Part shown: one piece after another, positions 53,446 through 63,503 of the stretch
Position numbering within the stretch: the first letter of the stretch is position 1
How the letters are laid out: each line of letters opens with the position of its first letter
Translations under genes and position numbers: made by a program
Source: an uncultured delta proteobacterium
GTDB taxonomy: Bacteria; Desulfobacterota; Syntrophorhabdia; Syntrophorhabdales; WCHB1-27
Assembly: GCA_963810935.1 (NCBI GenBank)
Contig: CAWEPK010000012.1
Coordinates: forward strand, 1-64,000
Direction of reading: 5' to 3'
Length of the DNA: 64,000 nt
Notes under the pieces: generated by a model
What the model saw: the letters and a program-made list of their open reading frames with translations, nothing else
Database searches by the model: none
What the model was told of the DNA's origin: nothing

Positions 53446-54537
53446 CTATATGACCTCCATAAGTATCTCTGAAAGCTCCTTGACCGTCTGGCCCTTCTCC
53501 TTTGCCGCGTCCTCCAGGGTCATGAGGCAGAACGGACAGGCCGTCGCTATGATCTCGGCGCCCATCTGCGCCGCATCGGCAGCGCGGACTTCCGCGTTCC
53601 GCAGACCCTTCGTCTCCTCCACCTCGAAGAACATCCTGCCGCCCCCGCCCTCGCAGCAAAGCGACGTCTCCCTCGAACGGCTGAACTCCAACAGCTCCAG
53701 TCCCCCGATGGAGCGCAGCACGTTCCTGGGCTCGTCGAAAACACCGTTCTGCTTGCCCAGGAAGCAGGGGTCGTGATATGCGACCTTATGCTCGTACTTC
53801 CCCTCGATCTTTAAGGCCCCTTCCCCGATAAGCCGGGCGAGGACCTCCGAATAATGGGATACCTTTATCCCAAGGTCTCCGTATTCTTTTTTGAGGGCGT
53901 TCATGCAATGGGGCGAAAGGGCGATGATCTCGCGCACCCCGTATTCCTTGAGGGCCTCGCAGTTCTCCTCGCGAAGCTCGTCGAAGAGGCCCGTCTCGCC
54001 TATCCTCCTGATCTCGTTGCCGCAGCAGGCCTCCTCTTCCCCCAGCACGCCGAACTCATAGCCCGCCTTGTGGAAGAGGGCAGCGACGTTTGCAGGGATG
54101 ACCATGCAGCGGGGGTCGTACGCCTGGATGCAGCACGTGAAAAGGAGCCGTTTCGACGTCGTCTCGCCGACGTGGGGCACATCGAAGCCCGCCTTCTCGA
54201 CCCACGCTCCCCTTTTGGCGCGCGAGCGGCCCCAGGGGTTCTTCTGCACGAAGGTATTTTCCAATGCCTTCTGGACCGATACGGGTATGCGCCCCTCTTC
54301 GACGAGCGAAGACCTGACCTCGATAACGACTTCCGAAGGTTTTACGTCCCTGGGGCACCGGAGCGTGCAGGCGCCGCAGGAGGTGCAGTACCAGGGGATA
54401 GCGGCCTCCACGTCGCGCATGAACTGTCTTTTTCGGACCATCATGCGGATGTTGAAGGCGGTCCTGCCTGCCTCGGGACAGCTCCCGGTGCACCGGCCGC
54501 ACTGTATGCACGTTAGGAGGCGACTGCTAGGCTCCAA
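53446..54537 (-). CDS. soluble BamD/HdrD-like Fe-S oxidoreductase (2x[4Fe-4S] plus two CCG domains)
   Basis: CIQCGRCTGSCP, CTSCGACTLRCP, ACCG, SPHC, YHDPCFLG, LCCEGGGG, TACPFC; no TM helices apparent. Confidence 0.88.
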   Translation of the reverse strand: MEPSSRLLTCIQCGRCTGSCPEAGRTAFNIRMMVRKRQFMRDVEAAIPWYCTSCGACTLRCPRDVKPSEVVIEVRSSLVEEGRIPVSVQKALENTFVQKNPWGRSRAKRGAWVEKAGFDVPHVGETTSKRLLFTCCIQAYDPRCMVIPANVAALFHKAGYEFGVLGEEEACCGNEIRRIGETGLFDELREENCEALKEYGVREIIALSPHCMNALKKEYGDLGIKVSHYSEVLARLIGEGALKIEGKYEHKVAYHDPCFLGKQNGVFDEPRNVLRSIGGLELLEFSRSRETSLCCEGGGGRMFFEVEETKGLRNAEVRAADAAQMGAEIIATACPFCLMTLEDAAKEKGQTVKELSEILMEVI

Positions 54538-55672
54538 GGAGCTTCCTGCCGATCAAAACTTTCTCGACTTCTTTCGTCCCCTCGAAGATCTCGAACACCT
54601 TGGCGTCGCGCCAGTAGTGCTCGACGTCGTATTCCTTCAGGATGCCGTAGCCGCCGTGCAACTGGATCGCCTCGTCCGCGACTTTTACCGCGATCTCACA
54701 CGTGTACCATTTCGCCATTGCGATGAGAGCGGGGTCAACATCTCCCCTGTCGACCGCCGAGGCGGCTCTGTAATAGATGCTTCTCCCCGCTTCCACCATA
54801 GTAGCCATTTCCGCGATCTTGGCCTGGACGATCTGAAGGCCGGACAGGGTCGTCCCGAACGCCTTCCTTTTTTTGACATGGCTTATCGCTTTATCGAGCG
54901 CGCCCTGGGCCGTGCCGATGGCAAGCGAGCACCCGCCCTCGAGCCTGGCGCGGTTGAAAAACTCCATGAGCTGGTAAAAGCCCTTGCCCTCCTTGCCGAC
55001 AAGGTTGCTCTTCGGCACCCGGACCTCTTTGAACGCGATCTCCCCCGTGTCGGAGCACCTGATGGAAAGCTTGCCGTGGAGCTTGCTCGCCTCGTAACCC
55101 GGCCGGTCCGTCTCGACGACGATCGTCGAAAACCTTTCGTGCCGCTTGGGGTTCGTCGGGTCCGTAACGCAGAGGACGACTATGAAGTTCGCGCAGTTTG
55201 CGTTCGTTATGAAGGTCTTGGTGCCCGAAATGACATATTCGTCGCCGTCCGACACCGCCGAGGTCGTCATCGAGGCAACGTCGCTGCCCGCGTCCGGCTC
55301 GGTCGAGGCCATGCCCGCCCGCCAAACTCCTGCGCAAACGGGAGGCAGGTACTTATTCTTTTGTTCTTCAGTGCCGTAGAGGTTGATCATCTGCGTGCCG
55401 AAGTGGCACGCGTTCAGCGTTTGCGCAATGCCCCCGTCTACACGGGCAAACTCTTCGAAGATGAGGCACTGCTCGAAGCTGCCGAGCCCGGCGCCGCCGT
55501 ACTGCTCGGGTATGAAAGCGCCGATAAACCCGTTCTCGGCGGCCTTCTTCCATATTGTGTCGTCGAACTTCTCATTCTCGTCAAGCTCCCTCGCGACGTC
55601 CCTGAATTCTTTTTCGGCGAATTCGCGCGCAGCCTGCCTGATGTCCTTCTGCTCATTCGTCAGGTCGAACAT
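54527..55672 (-). CDS. acyl-CoA dehydrogenase
   Basis: PEQYGG, STEPDAGSD, GTKTFITN, QLHGGYG, RDAK...IFEGT. Start ATG 55672. Confidence 0.95.
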   Translation of the reverse strand: MFDLTNEQKDIRQAAREFAEKEFRDVARELDENEKFDDTIWKKAAENGFIGAFIPEQYGGAGLGSFEQCLIFEEFARVDGGIAQTLNACHFGTQMINLYGTEEQKNKYLPPVCAGVWRAGMASTEPDAGSDVASMTTSAVSDGDEYVISGTKTFITNANCANFIVVLCVTDPTNPKRHERFSTIVVETDRPGYEASKLHGKLSIRCSDTGEIAFKEVRVPKSNLVGKEGKGFYQLMEFFNRARLEGGCSLAIGTAQGALDKAISHVKKRKAFGTTLSGLQIVQAKIAEMATMVEAGRSIYYRAASAVDRGDVDPALIAMAKWYTCEIAVKVADEAIQLHGGYGILKEYDVEHYWRDAKVFEIFEGTKEVEKVLIGRKLLGA

Positions 55673-55717
55673 GATTACCCCCCCAATTTTATGTTTCCCG
55701 TTCCTCACGGCGAATAC

Positions 55718-55733
55718 AGCAATCTTTATACCA
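55718..55733 (-). promoter_or_regulatory. sigma-54 (-24/-12) promoter of the acd-etf-hdr operon
   Basis: Minus strand TGGTATAAAGATTGCT, i.e. GG-N10-GC, 45 nt before the acd ATG. Confidence 0.75.
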
Positions 55734-55853
55734 TATCTTCCGCTTCCGCTATAACTATACGGTTGCACGGTGGAAAACGACGAAAATCAAAGGGCGGGCC
55801 GGGACGAGGGCAGCGGCGGCGCAGTTTTTGGTTATGGAAGATTTATTGAGAAT

Positions 55854-55868
55854 GTGTAATAATTACAC
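55854..55868. promoter_or_regulatory. perfect palindrome, candidate enhancer (UAS) site
   Basis: GTGTAAT-A-ATTACAC, about 120 bp upstream of the sigma-54 site. Confidence 0.55.
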
Positions 55869-55939
55869 TCAGCGCGCGTTTAGCCTGTTTTATCGGCTAA
55901 TTCACGCCGGTTCGCCCGCAAAGGGGGTGCGGGACGGAT

Positions 55940-57172
55940 ATGGACGGTAAGGCCGGAAAAGACCTGTCGGCACACGCCAAAAAGGCCCGTCAAAGAGCAG
56001 GCGGCGGCCAACCCGCCCGAAGGCGGCGCCCGCAGCCAGGCCGAAGAAACAAAAAGGCGACGACGAGTTCCTCCGCCTGAGCGAGTTCAATAAAGCCATT
56101 ATCAGCCACTCTCCCGTCGCAATCTTCACCCTCGACAAGGACGGCGTCTTCACCAGCGTCAACCCGGCCCTCGGCGTCATTTCGGGCCTGGGGCACAACG
56201 CGGGCAAGAAGCTCATCGGGTTCAATTGGCTCAGGAACTCGTACACGATAAAATCGGGACTGGCGGCCCACATCACCCGCGCCCTCGAAGGCGAGCCGTT
56301 CCAGCTCTGGGATTTCCCTTTCATAACCTACGAAGGCGACAGCAATAATTTCATCGACTTCAAGGGCGTCCCCCTAAAAGCGAAAGACGGCACGATCGAG
56401 GGCCTGCTCTGCATGATCGAGGAGACGACCGAGCGCGTAGAGACAAGGGCCCTCCTCATGCAGGAGGCGCGCAAATCGGCGGTCGGCAGGCTCGCGGCGG
56501 GGATCGCCCACGAGCTGAACAACCCCCTCGCTACCCTCGTCGCCCACGTGGAGCTTGCGGTCAACTACCTGAAATCGCTCGAAGCATCGACTGCGGATAA
56601 GGCGCTCCTCGACGAGCTGCGCGACTACCTGTCCGTCATCGAGACCCAGGCGTTCCGCTGCAAGGACGTCACGGGCAGCATCCTCAGCCTGCCCTGGAAA
56701 GAAGGGCTCGAAATTACGGAGATCGATATCAACGGCCTTCTCGACAGCATCGTCGACTCGGCGGACACGGGCAAATCAGAGGCGCGGATCGTCAGGGAAT
56801 TCTCCCCCCTGCCGAACGTCCGTGGCAACGTCGAGCTCTCTGCGGCAGGTCTTTTTGAACCTTATCAGCAACGCGTGCGACGCAGTCGAGGGAAGGATGG
56901 GCGCAACCGTGCGCGTGACGACTTCCGCCCCGGCCGGCGAGGTAGTCGTCCGCGTCCGCGACAACGGCAACGGCGTCCCGGCCGCCATGCTGAATAAAAT
57001 ATTCGAGCCGTTCTTCACTACCAAGGAATCAAAACAGGGGGTCGGCCTCGGCCTGGCCTTGTGCCGCGAGTTCCTTACCCACGCGGGCGGCAGCGTAAGG
57101 GCCGAAAGCAGTCCGGGACGGGGTTCCACGTTCATCGTCACCCTCCCGGCTAAGGGAGCGCGCAAGAGATGA
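55940..57172 (+). CDS. PAS-domain sensor histidine kinase (frameshifts near 56000 and 56840; start uncertain)
   Basis: PAS domain (AIISHSPVAIFTLDKDG...SVNPA) in frame upstream of track ORF 56413; GRLAAGIAHELNNPL H-box; QVFLNLISNA, DNGNG, FEPFFTTK, GVGLGL. Confidence 0.88.
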
Positions 57173-58556
57173 TAAGAGTACTTATCGTCGACGACGAAGT
57201 ACAGCTCATCAAGGCATTCAAAAAGCAACTGACCGAGGACGGCATGTCGGTAGTCACGGCCGCCTCCGCCGGCGACGCGCTCGGCATCATTGCAGAGCAG
57301 ACTTTCGACGTGGCGGTCCTCGATATCAAGCTGCCCGACCTGGACGGCCTGGAGCTGCTCCTGCGGATGAAGCAAGCGGAGCCGAGTGTGGAGGTAGTTA
57401 TACTCACGGGCTACGCCTCCATCGACACCGCCATCCGCTCAATGAAGCTGGGCGCGTACGATTACCTGACTAAGCCGTGCAAGATCGCGGAGTCTGGAGA
57501 AAGTGATTGCGAAAGCGTACGAGAACAAGGCCCTCAAAGAAAAAAACATCGTCCTTGCGGAGCACCTCCACAGGATCGGCGCGCACGACGCTTTCATCGG
57601 CGAAAGCAAGCAGATCATGAAGGTGCGGAAGCTGATATCCATAGTGGCCGCCTCCGGCACGCCGGTGCTGATCCTGGGCGAGACCGGCGTAGGCAAGGAG
57701 GTCGTAGCCAGGTCCATACACGACCGTTCCGGGCGCGTCGGCAACCCCTTCGTAACGATCAATGCGAGCGCCCTCCAGGAGAGCATCCTCGAAAGCGAGC
57801 TTTTCGGCTACAAGAGAGGCGCGTTTACGGGCGCCCAGGCAAATAAGCTCGGACTCCTGGAGATAGCCCATAACGGCACTTTTTTCATCGATGAGGTGGG
57901 CGACATGGGCATATCCATCCAGGCGAAGATATTGCGCGCCCTGGAGACGGGGGCCTTCATGAAGCTGGGCGACACGAAGGAGACGAAGGTGGACACCCGC
58001 TTCATATTCGCCACGAACAAGGACCTTAAAAACAAGATAGAAGAAGGTCTTTTCAGGAAGGACCTTTTCTTCAGGATTAACGGCTTCACGATCACCCTCC
58101 CTCCCCTGCGCGAAAGGAAGGGCGACATCCTCCTGCTGGCGAATTACTTCCTCGAAAAACTGAACAGGGGGAGCACCAGAAAGCGCCTATCGAGGGACGC
58201 GGCCGATTGGCTGGTCACTTACGAATGGCCGGGCAACGTCAGGGAGCTGGCAAACGTCGTCGAGCGGTCACTCCTTCTCAGCGGGCCGCGTGAGGAGATC
58301 GTAGTCGATGATTTCCCCGAGTCCATGCAGCCGGACGGAAACGCAGTCGAGGTCAGCGCGGCAGGAGGGCGGCGGCCAGGCGGATGTTTTCGAGCTTGCC
58401 CGTCTCGAAGACGAGCATATCGGAAAGGCGCTTCACTCTGCGATGGGCAACAAGAGCAAGGCCGCGCGGTTACTCGGGATCAGCAGGAAGACGCTCTACA
58501 ACAAGCTCATGCGCGGCACGAGCGGCGAAGGCCGGGGGAAAGCCGGGCAGCGGTAA
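57169..58556 (+). CDS. NtrC-family sigma-54 response regulator (frameshifts near 57490 and 58370)
   Basis: Receiver domain (IVDDE, LDIKLP, LTKP), GETGVGKE, ESELFG...GAFTGA, WPGNVREL, Fis-type HTH GNKSKAARLLGISRKTLY. Confidence 0.93.
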
Positions 58557-58741
58557 GTGCGCGGCCGGGAAAGGCCGCCGGCAGGACCACCGCGTATACG
58601 GGGCAGTCCCCGGCCAGGAACACCCGGGTAGACTCCCCACTGTATAAATCTTTTACAATTGGGTCATTTTGAGCCACATGGGCGTAGGCGATGCGGCCTG
58701 CTTCATCTCCGAAACGCGTTTATAAGCAATACAACGTATTC

Positions 58742-58757
58742 TGGCATTTTACTTGCA
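58742..58757 (+). promoter_or_regulatory. sigma-54 (-24/-12) promoter of the TRAP/ligase operon
   Basis: TGGCATTTTACTTGCA, i.e. GG-N10-GC; imperfect palindrome TGTATAAATCTTTTACA at 58641-58657 upstream. Confidence 0.8.
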
Positions 58758-58827
58758 TTTTTGAATTCGCCGATTGTAAAGTTAGTTAGAATTTAGTTCG
58801 AGCGCAAAGTCCAATTAAGGGGGGATT

Positions 58828-59850
58828 ATGAAAAGGGGAGGTTTTGCGTACGTCCTGGCATCGGTCCTGATCGCATCATTCCTGGCGGCTCCGGCCTGCT
58901 TCGCGGCAGACAAGGTCGTCACGCTCAAAGTCGCCAACTGGTTTCCCATAACCCACCAGCAGAGTGTCCTTCTGGAAGCCTGGTGCAAGGACGTCGAGAA
59001 GAAGACCAACGGCAAAGTTAAGGCCAATTATTATCCCGGCGGGACGCTCGTCCCTGCCGCCCAGGCATACGACGCGGTAACCAAAGGCATCTCCGACGTC
59101 GGCAACCACGTCCTCGGCTACACGGTGGGGAGGTTCCCATTGACCGAGGTCATCGACCTGCCTCACGGCTACCCGAACAACGTCATCGCCACCAGGCTGG
59201 CAAACGCGTTTTATAATAAGTTCAAGCCGAAGGAGTTCGACGATGTAAAGGTGCTCTGGTTCCACTCCCAGGGCCCGGGACTCGTCCACACCAAATCGAA
59301 GCCCATCCATAAGCTCGAAGACCTCAAAGGGTTGAAGATGAGGACTTACGGCTCTAACGCGAAGCTGATGGCGTACCTCGGCGGCGCGCCGGTCGCAATG
59401 CCGATGACCGACGTCTACGATGCCCTCTCCAGAGGCGTAGCCGACGGCCTTATGTGCTCTTACGAGGCCCTCGAAGGCTTCAGGACGGGCGAGCAGATAA
59501 AATACTGCACGGAGAACTACGGGACGTCATACACGGCCTGCTTCGTAGTGGCAATGAACAAAAACAAGTGGAATTCCCTTTCCCCGGACGTCCAGAAGGC
59601 AATCGACGAGCTCAGCCGTGAATACATAACAAAATATGAAGTGATGTGGGACACCATCGAGAAGAGCGGCAAGCAGTACATGCTGAAGAGGGGCGCGACG
59701 ATCATACCCCTCTCCAAGGCCGAAGAGGCCAGGTGGATCGAGAAGGCCCAACCTGTCTACGAAGATTACGTCAGCAGGATGAAGGCCAAAGGTCTGCCCG
59801 GCGCAGAGGCGCTCAAGTTCGTGCGCGACTTCCTGAAAACGGGCGGCTGA
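58828..59850 (+). CDS. dctP: TRAP transporter substrate-binding protein
   Basis: Signal peptide, YPGGTL, DLKGLKMR, DVYDALSRGVADG, MNKNKWNSL. Confidence 0.93.
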   Translation: MKRGGFAYVLASVLIASFLAAPACFAADKVVTLKVANWFPITHQQSVLLEAWCKDVEKKTNGKVKANYYPGGTLVPAAQAYDAVTKGISDVGNHVLGYTVGRFPLTEVIDLPHGYPNNVIATRLANAFYNKFKPKEFDDVKVLWFHSQGPGLVHTKSKPIHKLEDLKGLKMRTYGSNAKLMAYLGGAPVAMPMTDVYDALSRGVADGLMCSYEALEGFRTGEQIKYCTENYGTSYTACFVVAMNKNKWNSLSPDVQKAIDELSREYITKYEVMWDTIEKSGKQYMLKRGATIIPLSKAEEARWIEKAQPVYEDYVSRMKAKGLPGAEALKFVRDFLKTGG

Positions 59851-59892
59851 AAGCCGACACGCGCCGACGTCTTTTCTTGATAGGAGTCCCAG

Positions 59893-60378
59893 ATGAACGG
59901 ATTCAATAATATCGTTCTGAAGTTGGCCAAGTCCATGGACGTCCTGGGCGGGCTCGTTCTCAGCTTCATGATGCTTATCACGGTGGCCGATGTCGTCCTG
60001 CGCGTTTCCGGCAGGCCGATAACGGGCACTTACGAGCTGGTCTTCCTGAGCGGCGCAGTCGTTATCGCCTGCGCCATCCCCATGACTTCATGGGAGGGCG
60101 CGCACGTCAACGTCGATTTCGTGGTCATGGGCTTTTCCAGGACCATGCGAAAGATAGTAACGGTCTTCACCAGGTTCTTCGGCATCGCCTTTTTCTTCCT
60201 CCTGGGATGGAACCTCTTTGCCCTCGGGACGGAGCTTTACAGCAAGGAAGAGGTCTCCCTCACACTCCACGTGCCCATCTACCCCGTCGCATACATTCTG
60301 GGGATATGCGCGTTCGTCGAATGTCTGGTGCTCGTCTCGGACATGATACAGACGCTAATGGAGGCCAGACATGAATGA
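59893..60378 (+). CDS. dctQ: TRAP transporter small permease
   Basis: Four TM helices, DVVLR, HVNVD. Confidence 0.92.
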   Translation: MNGFNNIVLKLAKSMDVLGGLVLSFMMLITVADVVLRVSGRPITGTYELVFLSGAVVIACAIPMTSWEGAHVNVDFVVMGFSRTMRKIVTVFTRFFGIAFFFLLGWNLFALGTELYSKEEVSLTLHVPIYPVAYILGICAFVECLVLVSDMIQTLMEARHE

Positions 60379-61672
60379 GGTAGCAATAGGCGTCATAGCG
60401 CTTGTCATACTGCTGGCCTTCTTCCTGACGGGTATAGAGCTTGCGTTCGCTATGGGGATCATCGGCGTGGCCGGCTTTGCATACCTGGTCGACGTAAAGG
60501 CCGCGATGGGCCTCATGGCGAACGATTTCTTCGACGCCCTGGCCTCGTACGGTCTCACCGTCATACCCCTCTTTATATTGATGGGCCAGATAGCCTTCAA
60601 CGCAGGCATCGCGAAGCGCCTCTACGACTGCGCCCACAAATTCATAGGACACATACCGGGGGGCATGGCCATAGCGACGGTGGCAGGTGCTACCGCGTTC
60701 AAGGCAGTCTGCGGCTCCGTCGCCGCCACGGCCGCCACGTTCGCCAGCGTGGCGGTGCCGGAGATGACCAAGTACGGCTACGCCAAGAAACTATCGACGG
60801 GCATCGTGGCTACGGTCGGCACCCTCGGCGTGCTCATACCGCCAAGCGTCGTGCTGATCGTCTTCGGCATCATCACGCAGATTTCGATAGGCAAGCTCTT
60901 CCTCGCAGGCATCATACCCGGCCTCCTGATCGCCTTCTTCTTCGTGGTGGTCATATTCGGATGGTGCAGGATAAATCCGGCCCTGGGCCCCAGGGGCGAA
61001 AGGTACGGCTGGGGAGATAGGATGAGAACGCTCCCTGAGATTGTGTGGCCGATAGTGATCTTCTTCGTGATCATCATCGGACTGATGAAGGGCTTCTTTA
61101 CACCCACGGAAGCAGGCAGCATAGGCGCCTTTGCCGTGCTCGTGCTTTGCCTTTTCAAAAGAAACATCACTTTCTCGGGGTACACGAAATCCGTCAGGGA
61201 AGCTCTGCGCACCGCCTGCATGGTGCTGCTTTTGATCGCCACGTCCAACATGCTCGGCCATTTTATCGCGGTAACGAACATACCGAACTACCTCGGAACG
61301 TGGGTCCTGAGCCTTAGCCTGCCCGCCTTTGCAATCATGATACTCATCTTCCTCGTCTATCTCGTGGGTGGCTCGTTCATAGACGATATGGCTTTTATGA
61401 TCCTGGCAACGCCCATTTTCTTCCCGATCATGACGAAGCTGGGATACGACCCGCTTTTGGTCGGCATCCTCGTAGCCCTTACCATCTGCATAGGCTCGGT
61501 GATCCCGCCCGTGGCCATCTGCGTCTTCGTGGTCAAGAACATAACGAAGGTGCCGATGGGCGTCATTTACAGCGGGGTTTATCCGTTTCTTATCTCGCTC
61601 GTGCTGGTAGTGATTCTCTGCTTTGTCTTCCCGCAGATCGTGCTTTTTCTGCCGAACCTGCTCATGGGATAG
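60371..61672 (+). CDS. dctM: TRAP transporter large permease
   Basis: IPLFILMG, GTLGVLIPPS, FTPTEA. Confidence 0.94.
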   Translation: MNEVAIGVIALVILLAFFLTGIELAFAMGIIGVAGFAYLVDVKAAMGLMANDFFDALASYGLTVIPLFILMGQIAFNAGIAKRLYDCAHKFIGHIPGGMAIATVAGATAFKAVCGSVAATAATFASVAVPEMTKYGYAKKLSTGIVATVGTLGVLIPPSVVLIVFGIITQISIGKLFLAGIIPGLLIAFFFVVVIFGWCRINPALGPRGERYGWGDRMRTLPEIVWPIVIFFVIIIGLMKGFFTPTEAGSIGAFAVLVLCLFKRNITFSGYTKSVREALRTACMVLLLIATSNMLGHFIAVTNIPNYLGTWVLSLSLPAFAIMILIFLVYLVGGSFIDDMAFMILATPIFFPIMTKLGYDPLLVGILVALTICIGSVIPPVAICVFVVKNITKVPMGVIYSGVYPFLISLVLVVILCFVFPQIVLFLPNLLMG

Positions 61673-61710
61673 ATGCGCAACGGAATAGAAATAGATTAGG
61701 GGGGCCGGAA

Positions 61711-63249
61711 ATGACGATAGGTGATCTGCTTGTAAGAAACGCGAACAAATACCCTGATAAGAGGGCCGTCGTCAGCGAGGGCTTCAGTGAGACGTTCAGG
61801 ACGCTCAACGAGCGCGTTAACGGCCTCGCAAACGCGCTTCTCGGCATGGGACTCCAAAAGGGCGACCGTATCGGCGTAGTGGTGCACAACTGCCACCAGT
61901 ACATCGAGATATACTTTGCGGCGGCCAAAACCGGCGGCGTCTTTTGCCCGTACAACAACCACGTGAAGCAGCGGGAGTTAAAGGACGTCATCCTTTATTC
62001 GACGCCGAAGTTCCTTTTCGTGGACAATGATTTCGCCGACATGATAACGGGAGTCGCGCCGGAGCTCGGCTGCGTGAAGCACCACATTTCCCTTCAAAAA
62101 CCGACGGCGGCCGGTGTGGAGGAATATGAGCAGCTCATCGCGCAGGCAAAGAAGGACGAGCCCGGCGTAAAGATCGACGAGGAAGACCTTCTGAGCATTT
62201 TCTTCACGGCGGGCACCACCGGCAATCCGAAAGGCGCCATGCGGACGCACAGGCATCTCATGTCCGACGCAATCACCTCCGTTATCGACCTCCGGGTGGA
62301 GTACGACGAGAACGTCCTCATCAGCTTCCCCATGTACCACATCGCCTGCGAGGACAATATAGTCCGCCACTCATTCATGCCCAACACGTTCTTCATACGC
62401 CGCGAGGGCAGTTTCGACCCTAAACAGGTACTAAAGTATATATCGGACGAGCGGATATCGCGCGTCCAGATGGTCCCCACGATGATCCACAGCATGCTCC
62501 AGGTGCCGGACATCGGAAGCTACGACCTCACCAGCCTGCGGCTCATACTTTACGCCGGGGCCTCGATGCCCGTGGAGCTGCTTAAGAGGGCGCTGGCCGC
62601 CTTCCCGTGCTGGTTCGCCCAGCTTTACGGACAGACGGAGAGCGGCCCCTTTACGACCTGTCTGAAGCCCGAAGACCATGTGCTCGACGGCTCCGAGAAG
62701 CGCTTGGCCCGGCTCGCCTCCTCCGGCAAGCCGGTGCTCAATTACGAGATACGGATCGTTGACGATGACGACCGCGACGTGCCGGTCGGCCAGGTCGGCG
62801 AGATCATCGGCAGGAGCGAGGCGGTCATGAAGGGCTACTGGCAGATGCCGGATGAGACGGCGAAGAAGCTGAAGAACGGCTGGCTCCATACGGGCGATCT
62901 GGGAAGAATGGACGAAGACGGCTATATCTACATCGTCGAGAGAAAGAACGACATGATCATCTCCGGCGGAGTTAACATCTACCCGAGGGAGATCGAGGAA
63001 GTGCTCTACCGCCACCCGGCCGTATCGGAGGCATCGGTCATAGGGCTGCCCGACGAGCACTGGGGAGAGGTCCCAAAGGCCGTGATCGTGCTGAGGGAAG
63101 GCGCACAGGCCACCGAGGCCGAGATCATCGACTTCTGCGCCAAGAACCTGGCCGGCTATAAGAAGCCGAAGAGCGTCGATTTCTGGGCGGAGCTACCCAA
63201 GAGCCCGCAGGGTAAAATCCTGAAGAAGGAAATCCGCAAGAAGTACTGA
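61711..63249 (+). CDS. acyl-CoA synthetase / carboxylate-CoA ligase
   Basis: FTAGTTGNPKG, YGQTE, GWLHTGD, IISGGVNIYPREIE, LPKSPQGKILK. Confidence 0.94.
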   Translation: MTIGDLLVRNANKYPDKRAVVSEGFSETFRTLNERVNGLANALLGMGLQKGDRIGVVVHNCHQYIEIYFAAAKTGGVFCPYNNHVKQRELKDVILYSTPKFLFVDNDFADMITGVAPELGCVKHHISLQKPTAAGVEEYEQLIAQAKKDEPGVKIDEEDLLSIFFTAGTTGNPKGAMRTHRHLMSDAITSVIDLRVEYDENVLISFPMYHIACEDNIVRHSFMPNTFFIRREGSFDPKQVLKYISDERISRVQMVPTMIHSMLQVPDIGSYDLTSLRLILYAGASMPVELLKRALAAFPCWFAQLYGQTESGPFTTCLKPEDHVLDGSEKRLARLASSGKPVLNYEIRIVDDDDRDVPVGQVGEIIGRSEAVMKGYWQMPDETAKKLKNGWLHTGDLGRMDEDGYIYIVERKNDMIISGGVNIYPREIEEVLYRHPAVSEASVIGLPDEHWGEVPKAVIVLREGAQATEAEIIDFCAKNLAGYKKPKSVDFWAELPKSPQGKILKKEIRKKY

Positions 63250-63302
63250 ATCATTTTGCGCTATAATTATACATGTGGTAGATTCTTTCATAAGGAGACC
63301 CG

Positions 63303-63503
63303 ATGAAACTGCATGTAATAATAGAGAAAGATGAGGCCGGTTACTATGTTGCCGAAGTGCCGGCCCTTCCCGGCTGCCTGTCTCAAGGCGGGACCTACGA
63401 TGAAGCCGTCACAAACATCAAGGAAGCTATCGAAGGATGGCTTGAAGTGATGGAAACCAGACATCCCACCGATTCCTCGAAACTCGTCGAAATCGCCGTA
63501 TAA
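63303..63503 (+). CDS. hicB: HicB family antitoxin (short form)
   Basis: YVAEVPALPGCLSQG.TYDEA..NIKEAI. Confidence 0.9.
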   Translation: MKLHVIIEKDEAGYYVAEVPALPGCLSQGGTYDEAVTNIKEAIEGWLEVMETRHPTDSSKLVEIAV

